This document shows positions 1 through 7,884 of a stretch of DNA of 11,356 bases, piece after piece (position 1 is the stretch's first letter; every line of letters starts with the position of its first letter). A program made the translations under genes and the position numbers. The stretch is taken from positions 1 through 11,356 of the forward strand of contig CAYVSA010000059.1 in assembly GCA_964454175.1 (NCBI GenBank). Direction: 5' to 3'. This DNA comes from an uncultured Pseudomonadota bacterium. GTDB taxonomy: Bacteria; BMS3Abin14. The notes beneath the pieces were generated by a model, which was given only the letters and a program-made list of their open reading frames with translations, searched no databases and was not told where the DNA came from.

Positions 1-9
1 ACTCGTTAA

Positions 10-1161
10 CTATTCCGACGCGAGGGTGTGCAGCAGGAGGGCTGTAAGGGAGATGCGTTCGAAAAGGGATTCCTTGAGGATGTACTCATCTTCGGAATGA
101 TCCAGGTCCCCGATGGGGCCCATGCCGTCCAGGGTCGGCACACCTTCGTCGGTGAGGAAGTTTGCATCAGAGGTGCCGCCTCTTTTCTCCTGACCGACCT
201 CCTGCTCCAGTGCCCTTGCGGCCTTGAGAACGGCACGGTAGATCTCGTCCGTCCCCTCCACCGGGCACCCGGCAGGTCGTTGATGGTGACACTCGATCAC
301 CGCATGGCATCCGGGATTCACCGGGGTCTCGATTATTGATTTTATCTCTTCCAGTGTCTTTTCTTCGGTGGTCCTGTTCCAGAACCTGAACTCGAAGTAA
401 GCTTCGGCGTGATCGGGCACCATGTTCGTCACAGTACCCCCGGAGATCCGGCCCACGTTGATGGAGACACCGCTCTTGACGTCGTTTAACGCCTCCAGGG
501 CGAGGATCATGCTGGATAGTTCCATAATTGCGCTGGCCTTTGGGCCCTCTTTTACACCCGCGTGCCGGGCCTTTCCGGAAACGGTCAGCTTGTAGCGCCT
601 GATCCCCCGTCTTGCCTTGACTACTTCGCCCTCCAGCCCGCCGCATTCGAAAACGAGGCCATACACTGCCCCCTCCGCAAGGTCCCTGATAAGGTTGTAG
701 GAAAAAGGGGACCCGATCTCCTCGTCGCTGTTGATCAGACATTTGAGGGGGATCTCGGCCAGCAGGCCCAGCTCTTCGAGGACGCGAAGGGCGTAGACCA
801 TTACAACAATGCCGCCTTTCATATCTGAGGTTCCCGGCCCGCTGAAACGGTCCTCGGACTCGATAAAATCGGTGAATCCGGAATCCTGGGGGAAAACGGT
901 ATCCAGGTGGCCAACGATAACGACAGGTCTGGCGGACGAGTCCGAATTGATGAAAACGTGGTGGTTTACGCCCTTGTGATCGTTAATTTGCCTGTGGGAC
1001 ATCCTCTCGGGAATACGGGAGGCGACCAGTTCACCAACGCGATTCAGGCCGTCCGGGTTCCTGGAGTAAGTGTTTATCTCAACCAGCTCCTTTAGAAAGT
1101 CTCCTATCTCCGAGCGCCTGGCGTCGACAGCCTCCCTGATGCTGGCAGCGAGGTCTGTCAA
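10..1161 (-). CDS. M20 family dizinc metallopeptidase/amidohydrolase (glutamate carboxypeptidase CPG2-like / ArgE-DapE superfamily), 383 aa
   Basis: All M20 motifs are visible: GHLDTVF (metal His), GPGTSDMKGG (bridging Asp), SDEEIGS (catalytic Glu + metal Glu), LVFECG, GKARHAG (dimerisation domain), GGTSDAN and C-terminal DHSEDE (metal His). No signal peptide. The TTG start overlaps the TGA stop of the upstream aminomutase gene (TTGA, 1158-1161). Confidence 0.92.
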   Translation of the reverse strand: MTDLAASIREAVDARRSEIGDFLKELVEINTYSRNPDGLNRVGELVASRIPERMSHRQINDHKGVNHHVFINSDSSARPVVIVGHLDTVFPQDSGFTDFIESEDRFSGPGTSDMKGGIVVMVYALRVLEELGLLAEIPLKCLINSDEEIGSPFSYNLIRDLAEGAVYGLVFECGGLEGEVVKARRGIRRYKLTVSGKARHAGVKEGPKASAIMELSSMILALEALNDVKSGVSINVGRISGGTVTNMVPDHAEAYFEFRFWNRTTEEKTLEEIKSIIETPVNPGCHAVIECHHQRPAGCPVEGTDEIYRAVLKAARALEQEVGQEKRGGTSDANFLTDEGVPTLDGMGPIGDLDHSEDEYILKESLFERISLTALLLHTLASE

Positions 1162-2459
1162 CCCTGTTCCCCGTTCCCCTCCGAACTATTTTCGTGCTCG
1201 TCAGGATAGTGGAGGATATGTCCGCCCCAGGTACGGATGAGGGGCTCCCCGTCGACGTTGGGGTTGAGCAGGTACTGGGGGAAGATGGGCGTCTTGCCTC
1301 TGCCTTCAGGAGCAGTGATGATGAATGTCGGAACAGCCATCCCGGAAGTGTAGCCTCTCAGGTGCTCAATGATATTAAGCCCGTCAGAGATGGTCGTCCT
1401 GAAGTGTCTGATACCCTCCACCTTTTTGCAGTTGAATATATAATAGGGCGCGACCTTGATCCGGAGAAGCTCCTGCATGAGTTTTTTCATTATGTGAGGA
1501 TCATTATTGATCCCCTTCATTAGAACGGTCTGATCCCGTACAACAACCCCGGCTTTCGTGAGCATATCCACTGCCTTTTGAGCGTCTTGAGTCACCTCTT
1601 TCGGGTGGTTGAACTGTGTGTTGAGGTATACGGGATCGTGTTTTTCCAGCATCTTGCAGAGTTCGTGGGTGACCCTCTGGGGCAGAGTACAAGGCATCCT
1701 GGAGCCAAGCCTCTTTATCTCTACGTGCGGTATCTCGTCCAGCTCGGTCAATATGTGATCCAACTGGGAATCGGAAAGAGACAGAGCATCACCGCCTGTG
1801 AGCAGGACATCCCTTATTTCCTCGTTCTTTCTGACGTAATCAAGCGCCTCGTTTATCATCCTTTTCGGATAGATTACATCATTTGTGTCTATGTCCATCC
1901 TTCTCAGGCAGTGACGGCAGATCATCGCACACTGATTTGTGACGTTTATTATCAACCGATCGGGATAGAGTCTCGAGATCAGGGGCGCAGGGGAATTGTA
2001 CTTGATCACCGGAGGGTCCACTATCTCTGACTGGTCCATGTACTCATAAACAGAAGGGATCGCCTGGCGCCGGATTGGACAGTTCCTGTCTTCAGGATCC
2101 ATGAGACTGGCATAGTAAGGTGATATGTACCACCGGTACTGGCTTCCAGCCTTTTTAATATCCTCTATCTCATCCTTATCGAGATTCAAAATTTTACTGA
2201 GAACCTTTACGGACCCTATCCTGTTCCTTCTCTGCCAGTTGGGATCCTTCCAGTCACCGGCGGTGGCGCCAAGTGCCTTCAGAATCCGTCTTTTAGACTT
2301 TCTGTACTGGTCCTGAAGACTGAAGCCAGTCGGGATAGAGCCCTTGATGGAAAAGTATTCCGCATCCAGGGCTTTGACCTCTGCCGATCTTGACTTTGCA
2401 ACCGACCGATCTTTCTTTTTGACTTCCATTTGATGGTACAATTTTTGTGCCTTGGCCAC
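1158..2459 (-). CDS. KamA-family PLP-dependent radical SAM aminomutase, glutamate 2,3-aminomutase (Eam)-like, 433 aa
   Basis: CxxxCxxC motif CAMICRHC (C177/C181/C184), YPDRLIINVTNQ, RDVLLTGGDAL, NTQFNHPKE, LRGYTSG and the PLP-lysine motif APEGRGK389TP. The N-terminal extension (IPTGF..Y....RIL) and the W.ISPYYASLMDP segment resemble Eam more than KamA. GTG start lies 6 nt downstream of AGGAGG (2466-2471). Confidence 0.92.
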   Translation of the reverse strand: MAKAQKLYHQMEVKKKDRSVAKSRSAEVKALDAEYFSIKGSIPTGFSLQDQYRKSKRRILKALGATAGDWKDPNWQRRNRIGSVKVLSKILNLDKDEIEDIKKAGSQYRWYISPYYASLMDPEDRNCPIRRQAIPSVYEYMDQSEIVDPPVIKYNSPAPLISRLYPDRLIINVTNQCAMICRHCLRRMDIDTNDVIYPKRMINEALDYVRKNEEIRDVLLTGGDALSLSDSQLDHILTELDEIPHVEIKRLGSRMPCTLPQRVTHELCKMLEKHDPVYLNTQFNHPKEVTQDAQKAVDMLTKAGVVVRDQTVLMKGINNDPHIMKKLMQELLRIKVAPYYIFNCKKVEGIRHFRTTISDGLNIIEHLRGYTSGMAVPTFIITAPEGRGKTPIFPQYLLNPNVDGEPLIRTWGGHILHYPDEHENSSEGNGEQG

Positions 2460-2537
2460 TTCATGCCTCCTGGTGCCCGGCAGTTGAAACCGGGTGATGG
2501 AATTAAGGTTAATACAACCACTCTGTCCGGTATCCGA

Positions 2538-3953
2538 TCAGCTGAATCTTCTGTAAGTACTCCTGACCTTCTGCGCGCCCTCCTTCAGGGCGCTGTCAAC
2601 GTCTTCACAGTTATCAGCGGCTGCTATGATCCTGGCAAGGAATCCTCCGGCCTTTTGTCTTACTGAATTTCCTACATGATCCTCGATAATGTATTTGTTC
2701 ACTTCACGATCCCCTTCGTACGCCCGCTCAAAGAGCTGAAACTGGGTGCATTCCGATTCGAGGCAACTGTGGATCTCAACGTCGTGTTCGACCTTGATAT
2801 TGTAGGTTCCCCAGCAGAGCCCCCTGGGCGTCAGGTCCATTTCTACAATGCCTTCCGGCAGTCTTCCTTCAGTTACGGCCATGAACTCAAGCTCCGGAAA
2901 GTATGCCTGATTGGGCAGGTGGTGCTTCATTGTCAAGGATGTTTCCAGAGTTGTGCCCTGCTTTCTTGCGTTAATTTCAATGAAAAAGACTTCTCCATCG
3001 TAGTCGACGATGTAATCACATCCAAACACACCGCGGTAACCCATACTGCCGAGCTGTCTCCCTATGTCACGGGTCATTTCCCTTACTTTACGAGCCGTAT
3101 CTTCGTCAAGAACGGTCGGAAAAGTCGATCCCCTGAACCGTGTTCCGGAGATATTTTGATCAGCGACAGAAGCTATGAACACTTGATCCTTGCTGGCCAC
3201 AACGCCCAGCACGGTTGGATCATACTCATGCTCGATGAAGCGGGTTACAAGAAATTTGCCGTCAGTCTCACTGAATCGCTCCAGGATATCCTTTTTTCCG
3301 CGGGCAATGATGGAGTTGGAGCCGGCGGCACTGTATTCCTTCGAAACGAATACGGAATGGCCCTTTTCCAGCATCATTCCGGCTGCTGCCACTGCCGAAT
3401 CCAGGTTTTCATGGCCGCCGCCTTCAGGAACCGGTATCCCAAGCTTCTTCACCAGGTCGTACTGGATGAGCTTGTTGTTCAGACTTGATGCAAGGCCCGG
3501 GTCGGGGCCGATCAACCGGACATTCTCACCGTCTACCAGGCTCAGGTTTTCCATAGACTCGAACATGTTAACGAAAAGATTCTCCTGTCGGGTAAGGAGT
3601 TCCTGAACGAGGTTATAGACAAAAGTGCTGCCGGACACCTGTGTCGCGAAATCAGCACCCGAGAGCCGCACATTGTGAGGAACTCCCGTCTGCCGGAACA
3701 GGTCCGCGGATGATGTGTTGATAACGACTACGTTATCCCGCACATGCTTTGTCAGGACGTCCGGCACTATGGAGATGAAATCCACCTCCCTCTGGTAGAG
3801 CCTCTCAAGGGGCCTTTTCATAAGGCTGTTTAGCCAGTAGGCCTTGATCTCTCCCACGTACAGGAAGTAGGCCTTTGACGGATCAATGCTTACGCTGCTG
3901 AAAAGGATCTCAGCTGACCCGGAAGATTCTTCTTGAAGTGGCTGAATTCTCAC
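2538..3953 (-). CDS. ATP-grasp domain protein (putative carboxylate-amine/peptide ligase), 471 aa
   Basis: ATP-grasp signatures: LNNK...KKLGIPVP and GYRGVFGCDYIVD..GEVFFIEINAR (D and ExNxR metal/phosphate motif). About 140 aa of N-terminal and about 130 aa of C-terminal extra sequence. GTG start with GAGGAT upstream; the exact start is uncertain. Confidence 0.85.
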   Translation of the reverse strand: MRIQPLQEESSGSAEILFSSVSIDPSKAYFLYVGEIKAYWLNSLMKRPLERLYQREVDFISIVPDVLTKHVRDNVVVINTSSADLFRQTGVPHNVRLSGADFATQVSGSTFVYNLVQELLTRQENLFVNMFESMENLSLVDGENVRLIGPDPGLASSLNNKLIQYDLVKKLGIPVPEGGGHENLDSAVAAAGMMLEKGHSVFVSKEYSAAGSNSIIARGKKDILERFSETDGKFLVTRFIEHEYDPTVLGVVASKDQVFIASVADQNISGTRFRGSTFPTVLDEDTARKVREMTRDIGRQLGSMGYRGVFGCDYIVDYDGEVFFIEINARKQGTTLETSLTMKHHLPNQAYFPELEFMAVTEGRLPEGIVEMDLTPRGLCWGTYNIKVEHDVEIHSCLESECTQFQLFERAYEGDREVNKYIIEDHVGNSVRQKAGGFLARIIAAADNCEDVDSALKEGAQKVRSTYRRFS

Positions 3954-3999
3954 TAACAGTATCTATCCTCAGGTTAAAGAATGGGATACAGGGCAGCGG

Positions 4000-4503
4000 T
4001 CAGGATCTGCCACGGGGCACCGCCGGTACCAGTAGAACCGGCACTGAAACCCTCTTGACGATCTTCTGTGCTACGCTGCCGAGAAAAGTGTGCACCACTA
4101 TTCCTTTGCCGTGGGTCCCGAGTACGAGCATGTCAGCCTTGACCGCGGAGGCCATATTAAGGATCTCCACAACAGGATCACCTTCCATGACATGAATTCC
4201 CTTGATCCTCTTCAGATCGCCCGTCTTAATGCCGGCCTTTCCCTCAGCTGCCATATTATCCAGTCTCCTGGATATCTCGTCTTCCGTCTCGGACTTCTTT
4301 TCTTCTATCAGCTGCTTAAACCGTTCCTCTCCCATAAAGCTCACGATGGGCATTGCCACATTCGTATCGAAACTCTCATTGATGTGCAGGAGATGCACTT
4401 GGGCATCATAGGCATTGGCCGCTCTGACAGCCTCTTCTATTACCCGTTCCGAGTTATCGGTCAGATCCACAGCACACATAATAATCCTGATCTTCGATCC
4501 CAT
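4000..4503 (-). CDS. Universal stress protein (UspA family, ATP-binding type; TeaD-like position after a TRAP permease), 167 aa
   Basis: IMCAVDLTDNS N-terminus, VHLLHI, GDPVVEIL...ADMLVLGTHGKGIVVHTFLGSVAQKIVKRVSVPVLLVP containing the G-2x-G-9x-G(S/T) ATP-binding motif. RBS GAGGT. Confidence 0.95.
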   Translation of the reverse strand: MGSKIRIIMCAVDLTDNSERVIEEAVRAANAYDAQVHLLHINESFDTNVAMPIVSFMGEERFKQLIEEKKSETEDEISRRLDNMAAEGKAGIKTGDLKRIKGIHVMEGDPVVEILNMASAVKADMLVLGTHGKGIVVHTFLGSVAQKIVKRVSVPVLLVPAVPRGRS

Positions 4504-4547
4504 GATTACCTCTCAGTTCCTGGCCTGCAAAAGCCCCTCGGCGATCC

Positions 4548-6677
4548 TCATGCCCTCACCGGCTCCACTGATGGTCTCCTTCTCATCTGGTTGGCTATGA
4601 TCAAACCGAGCATAATTGCACCAACCGGATACAGAAGATATTTGTTCCCTAATCCGAACCACACCGCCACTACCCCGGGCTGCATCATCACAAAGGTCAC
4701 AGCCAGGAGAAGGGGGATCTCATACCACATGTTCTTCACAACGAACCATCCCTGGGTCGCGGAGGCAAATGCGAAGTTTCCCAGGCAGGCCGCCGTGAAT
4801 ATCAGGATCGCCAGCCCCCAGCTGTTGATGTTGTGCAGGATAAGGTCGTAGTTGAATATGAACATGACCGCGATAAGCGCCGTCCTGATATCGTACATAA
4901 AGCCCTGTATACCTGTGGCAATGGGCGGTGACTTGGCTATGGCCGCCGCCGCGTAGGCGGCAAGCCCCACAGGTGGCGTGTCGTCTGCCAGGATACCGAA
5001 GTAGAAGCAGTAAAGGTGTGCGGCCATCAGGGGGATCACATACCCGTTTGTAAGACCGACTTCAACGATGATCGGCGCAGTCAGCGCCGCCATGACGATG
5101 TAGGTCGCCGTTGTGGGAAGACCCATTCCCAGGAGCAGGCTGGCGATACCGGTAATTATCACCAGAGCAAAAATGTTCCCTCCGGAAAGGAACTCCACCA
5201 GCTCCGTTATGATCCCGCCTATTCCCATGGTTACAACACCCACAATTATGCCGGCTGCTGCTGTGGCAATAGCCACCGTCACCATGTTCCTTCCACCCGC
5301 GACCATGGAATCGACGATAGTGTGAAGGCTTTTCCTGAATGCCGGTGCCAGGGGTTCTTTTTTTCTATAGTTCTTCACAGGTTCCTGGAGCAATATCACG
5401 ATGATCATCACGATAATGGCCCTGAAGGCGGCAAGCTCGGGGGAGTGTCGTGGGACTGCAAGCTCATACACCAGAACGCCGATGGGGATGAGATAGTGGA
5501 TCCCGCCCATCAAAACCTTAAAAAATATTGGGAGCTCTTCTTTGGTGAGGCCGCGCAGGCCGGCCTTCGATGCCTCGATGTGCGCAATGAAAAACAGGGT
5601 CGCGTAGGATACGAAAGCCGGGATCGCCGCCGCCTTGATCACCTGCAAGTATGGAACAGCGAGGTATTCAGCGATAATAAAGGCCGCGGCCCCCATTATC
5701 GGAGGGGCCAGCTGACCATCGGTGCTTGCCGCAACCTCGATGGCGGCAGCCTTGGTAGCCGGATAACCTACCTTCTTCATGAGAGGGATCGTAAAAGTCC
5801 CGGTGGTGACTATGTTGGCAATGGACGAACCCGAGATCAGGCCCGTAAGCCCGGAACCCACTATTGCGGCCTTTGCGGGCCCTCCCTTGTATTTGCCCAG
5901 GAGGCTCAAGGCGAGGTCGATGAAAAATTTGCCAGCCCCTGCCCTCTCGAGCATGGCTCCGAAGAGTACGAAAAGGAATACTATTGTTGCAGAAACATCC
6001 AGTGGTATTCCGTAAATTCCCTCAGTAGAGAGGGAAATTTTGTCAATATACTTGCCGAGAGATGCGCTTTTAAATGCCATGAACTCGGGCATGCTCTCAG
6101 CGAAAAACACGTAAAGTGAAAACATTGACGCGATAATGGTCAATGCTGGTCCGATGACTCTTCTGGCCGCTTCAAGGAGCAGCAGCACAAGAACGGTGCC
6201 GATGATAACATCCCTTTTCAAGGGTGCACCGGCCCTGGTAGCGAGACCGGCATAATCAATAAACAAGTAGAGCGCGGCGAGGCAGGAGACCACTCCCAGA
6301 ACCCAGTCGACGATCGGGATCCGGTTTCGGGCGGAGAGGAAAGACATTACGCCCTTCATGGGTCTTTTGAAAGCCGGATAGCTCAGATACGTAATAAGGA
6401 TCGCGAAACCCAGGTGAATAGATCTGATATAGGACGAGTTCATTATTAACCAGCTTGCTACAGACAGCTGGAAAAGAGACCAGATAACCGCGATGACGGG
6501 AACTACCTTGGCCGAAAAACCAGTCAGGTGCCGAAAGCCAGACTCCTCTTCCTCAGCGATCCGTTTGGCCTCTTCAATTCCCTCGTCTACATCGTTAAGT
6601 ATGCTGTGAGGATGTGGAGGCTCCTCCTGGTTTCCACCTTTCCCTTCCAGAGTGTCGTCTTTGTCATCGCTGCTCAT
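4548..6677 (-). CDS. TRAP transporter fused permease (4TM/12TM DctQ-DctM fusion, TAXI-associated), 709 aa
   Basis: Highly hydrophobic, with motifs EGIYGIPLDVSA, GGPAKAA, GSSIANIVTTGTFTIPLMK, GQLAPPIMGAAAF, LGMGLPTTATY and DDTPPVGLAAYAAA. RBS AGGAGG upstream; adjacent to the TAXI solute-binding gene. Confidence 0.96.
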   Translation of the reverse strand: MSSDDKDDTLEGKGGNQEEPPHPHSILNDVDEGIEEAKRIAEEEESGFRHLTGFSAKVVPVIAVIWSLFQLSVASWLIMNSSYIRSIHLGFAILITYLSYPAFKRPMKGVMSFLSARNRIPIVDWVLGVVSCLAALYLFIDYAGLATRAGAPLKRDVIIGTVLVLLLLEAARRVIGPALTIIASMFSLYVFFAESMPEFMAFKSASLGKYIDKISLSTEGIYGIPLDVSATIVFLFVLFGAMLERAGAGKFFIDLALSLLGKYKGGPAKAAIVGSGLTGLISGSSIANIVTTGTFTIPLMKKVGYPATKAAAIEVAASTDGQLAPPIMGAAAFIIAEYLAVPYLQVIKAAAIPAFVSYATLFFIAHIEASKAGLRGLTKEELPIFFKVLMGGIHYLIPIGVLVYELAVPRHSPELAAFRAIIVMIIVILLQEPVKNYRKKEPLAPAFRKSLHTIVDSMVAGGRNMVTVAIATAAAGIIVGVVTMGIGGIITELVEFLSGGNIFALVIITGIASLLLGMGLPTTATYIVMAALTAPIIVEVGLTNGYVIPLMAAHLYCFYFGILADDTPPVGLAAYAAAAIAKSPPIATGIQGFMYDIRTALIAVMFIFNYDLILHNINSWGLAILIFTAACLGNFAFASATQGWFVVKNMWYEIPLLLAVTFVMMQPGVVAVWFGLGNKYLLYPVGAIMLGLIIANQMRRRPSVEPVRA

Positions 6678-6741
6678 CGGGAACTGCTCCTCCTGGTAAT
6701 ATCAATCTTCATTTGCTTTGAAACGCTCAAATTCACATTGG

Positions 6742-6773
6742 AGCGGGGTGCGGGGAAGATCCCGCACCCCGCT
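6742..6773 (-). promoter_or_regulatory. Intercistronic GC-rich hairpin after the TAXI solute-binding gene (mRNA stabiliser or attenuator)
   Basis: Perfect 13-bp inverted repeat AGCGGGGTGCGGG (6742-6754) / CCCGCACCCCGCT (6761-6773) with a 6-nt loop, 8 nt after the stop codon. No U-tract follows on the minus strand. Confidence 0.75.
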
Positions 6774-6781
6774 TTGCCGCT

Positions 6782-7765
6782 TTACTTGATAAGGCCGGCT
6801 TCTTTGTAGTACTTGGCAGCACCAGGGTGTAAAGGTGCTGAAAGACCCTGGAGCATGTTCTGCTTTGTCAGTACCTGGTAGGCCGGGTGGAGTTTCTTGA
6901 AGCTGTCGAAGTTCTCGAATATCTCTTTAACGAGATTGTATACATCCTTCGTGGGAACCCTCTTGTGAGTAATAAATGTGGCCTTAACGCCGAAGGAAGG
7001 AACATCTCCATCGTTAACGGCGTTGGGGTAGTTGGACATCGGGATCACACTTGCCGCGTAATACGGGAACTTCTTGTAGAAGGAATCGGGAAGCACGACC
7101 GGGATGACACTGACCTTCCTCGTGCCGCTCGTCGCTTCCTTTATGGTGCCTGCGGGGTGGCCAACGGTGTAGAAGAACGCATCGATGCGGCCGTCCAGGA
7201 GAACACCTGGAGCCTCGGCAGCCTTCAGGCCTTCAGCCTGGAGGTCCTTCTTGTAATCGATACCAACTGCAGCGAGACCGTCAATGGAGTTCTGCCTCTG
7301 CCCTGAACCGGGGTTGCCAATATTGACATGCTTACCCCTCAGGTCCTTGATGGACTTGATGCCGGTGTCCACACCAGCCACGAGAGTGATGCTCTCGGGA
7401 TGGACGGAGAAGAGCGCCCTGATGTCCTTCTGGGGTCCCTTATCCTTCCAGTCTGCCAGGCCGTTTACAGCCTGGTACTGACGGTCAGACTGGACAACTC
7501 CGAAGTCCAGGTCGCCGGAGAGGATCGCGTTTGTATTGTAGACGGATCCTCCGGTGGACTCAACAGTGAGCCTCATGCCGTACTCTTTCTTCTTGGCATT
7601 CACTATCCTGGCGATAGCGCCGCCTGTGGGATAATAGACGCCCGTAACGCCCCCGGTTCCGATAGTGTAGAATTTTGTCTTGGCCATGGCCGGTGTCGGC
7701 CCCATGCCGACGACGGTGAGAGACAGGGCCAGAACAGCGACTAGAACAATCATTCCCTTTTTCAT
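6782..7765 (-). CDS. TAXI family TRAP transporter solute-binding subunit, 327 aa with Sec signal peptide
   Basis: TIGTGGVTGVYYPTGG, VESTGGSVYN, GVVQSD, GNPGSGQR, IDAFFYTVGHP and PLHPGAAKYYKE are TAXI motifs. Start moved from the ORF-track 7834 to ATG 7765 because AAGGAGGAG lies at 7769-7777 and MKKGMIVLVAVLALSL...AMA is a signal peptide. Confidence 0.96.
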   Translation of the reverse strand: MKKGMIVLVAVLALSLTVVGMGPTPAMAKTKFYTIGTGGVTGVYYPTGGAIARIVNAKKKEYGMRLTVESTGGSVYNTNAILSGDLDFGVVQSDRQYQAVNGLADWKDKGPQKDIRALFSVHPESITLVAGVDTGIKSIKDLRGKHVNIGNPGSGQRQNSIDGLAAVGIDYKKDLQAEGLKAAEAPGVLLDGRIDAFFYTVGHPAGTIKEATSGTRKVSVIPVVLPDSFYKKFPYYAASVIPMSNYPNAVNDGDVPSFGVKATFITHKRVPTKDVYNLVKEIFENFDSFKKLHPAYQVLTKQNMLQGLSAPLHPGAAKYYKEAGLIK

Positions 7766-7884
7766 TATCTCCTCCTTCGAGTTATCTTGTCTGCCGGACA
7801 CTGCCGGAAGACTCGTTAATTGCAGCTTGCACACCCCCTTTCATTACCATTATTAGTTTTTGTTCACATTAATCCACAATAAGA

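Noticed and set aside
1158-2459. Annotation as lysine 2,3-aminomutase (kamA/ablA) or EF-P modification enzyme EpmB
   Set aside because: Both lysine side-chain-binding aspartates are replaced (K345, T382), the N-terminus is Eam-like, and there is no ablB, epmA/efp or lysine fermentation gene in the window. The eam symbol is also withheld because of the Asn-to-Thr and other motif changes.
2279-2521. 80-aa minus-strand ORF spanning the ligase-mutase gap as a possible small protein or precursor
   Set aside because: It mostly overlaps the mutase gene out of frame. Its internal ATG is only 1 nt from the AGGAGG, which is properly spaced for the mutase GTG.
10-3953. RiPP cluster (radical SAM + ATP-grasp + peptidase, graspetide-like)
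   Set aside because: The radical SAM enzyme is a PLP-lysine KamA-type mutase with no SPASM or RRE domain, the transporter is an importer, and no precursor peptide with a credible RBS or core motif is visible.
2676-6119. Long plus-strand ORFs (2676-3488, 4090-4851, 5016-6119) and other short ORF-track entries
   Set aside because: They are antisense or alternate-frame shadows of well-supported minus-strand genes, with no recognisable motifs.
7766-7834. 23-aa N-terminal extension of the TAXI protein given by the ORF track
   Set aside because: The strong SD and a typical signal peptide indicate the start at ATG 7765.
7841-7884. AT-rich stretch as an internal promoter or operator for the TAXI gene
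   Set aside because: There is no convincing -35/-10 pair and only an imperfect TTGT..ACAA symmetry; plausible but not supportable from sequence alone.
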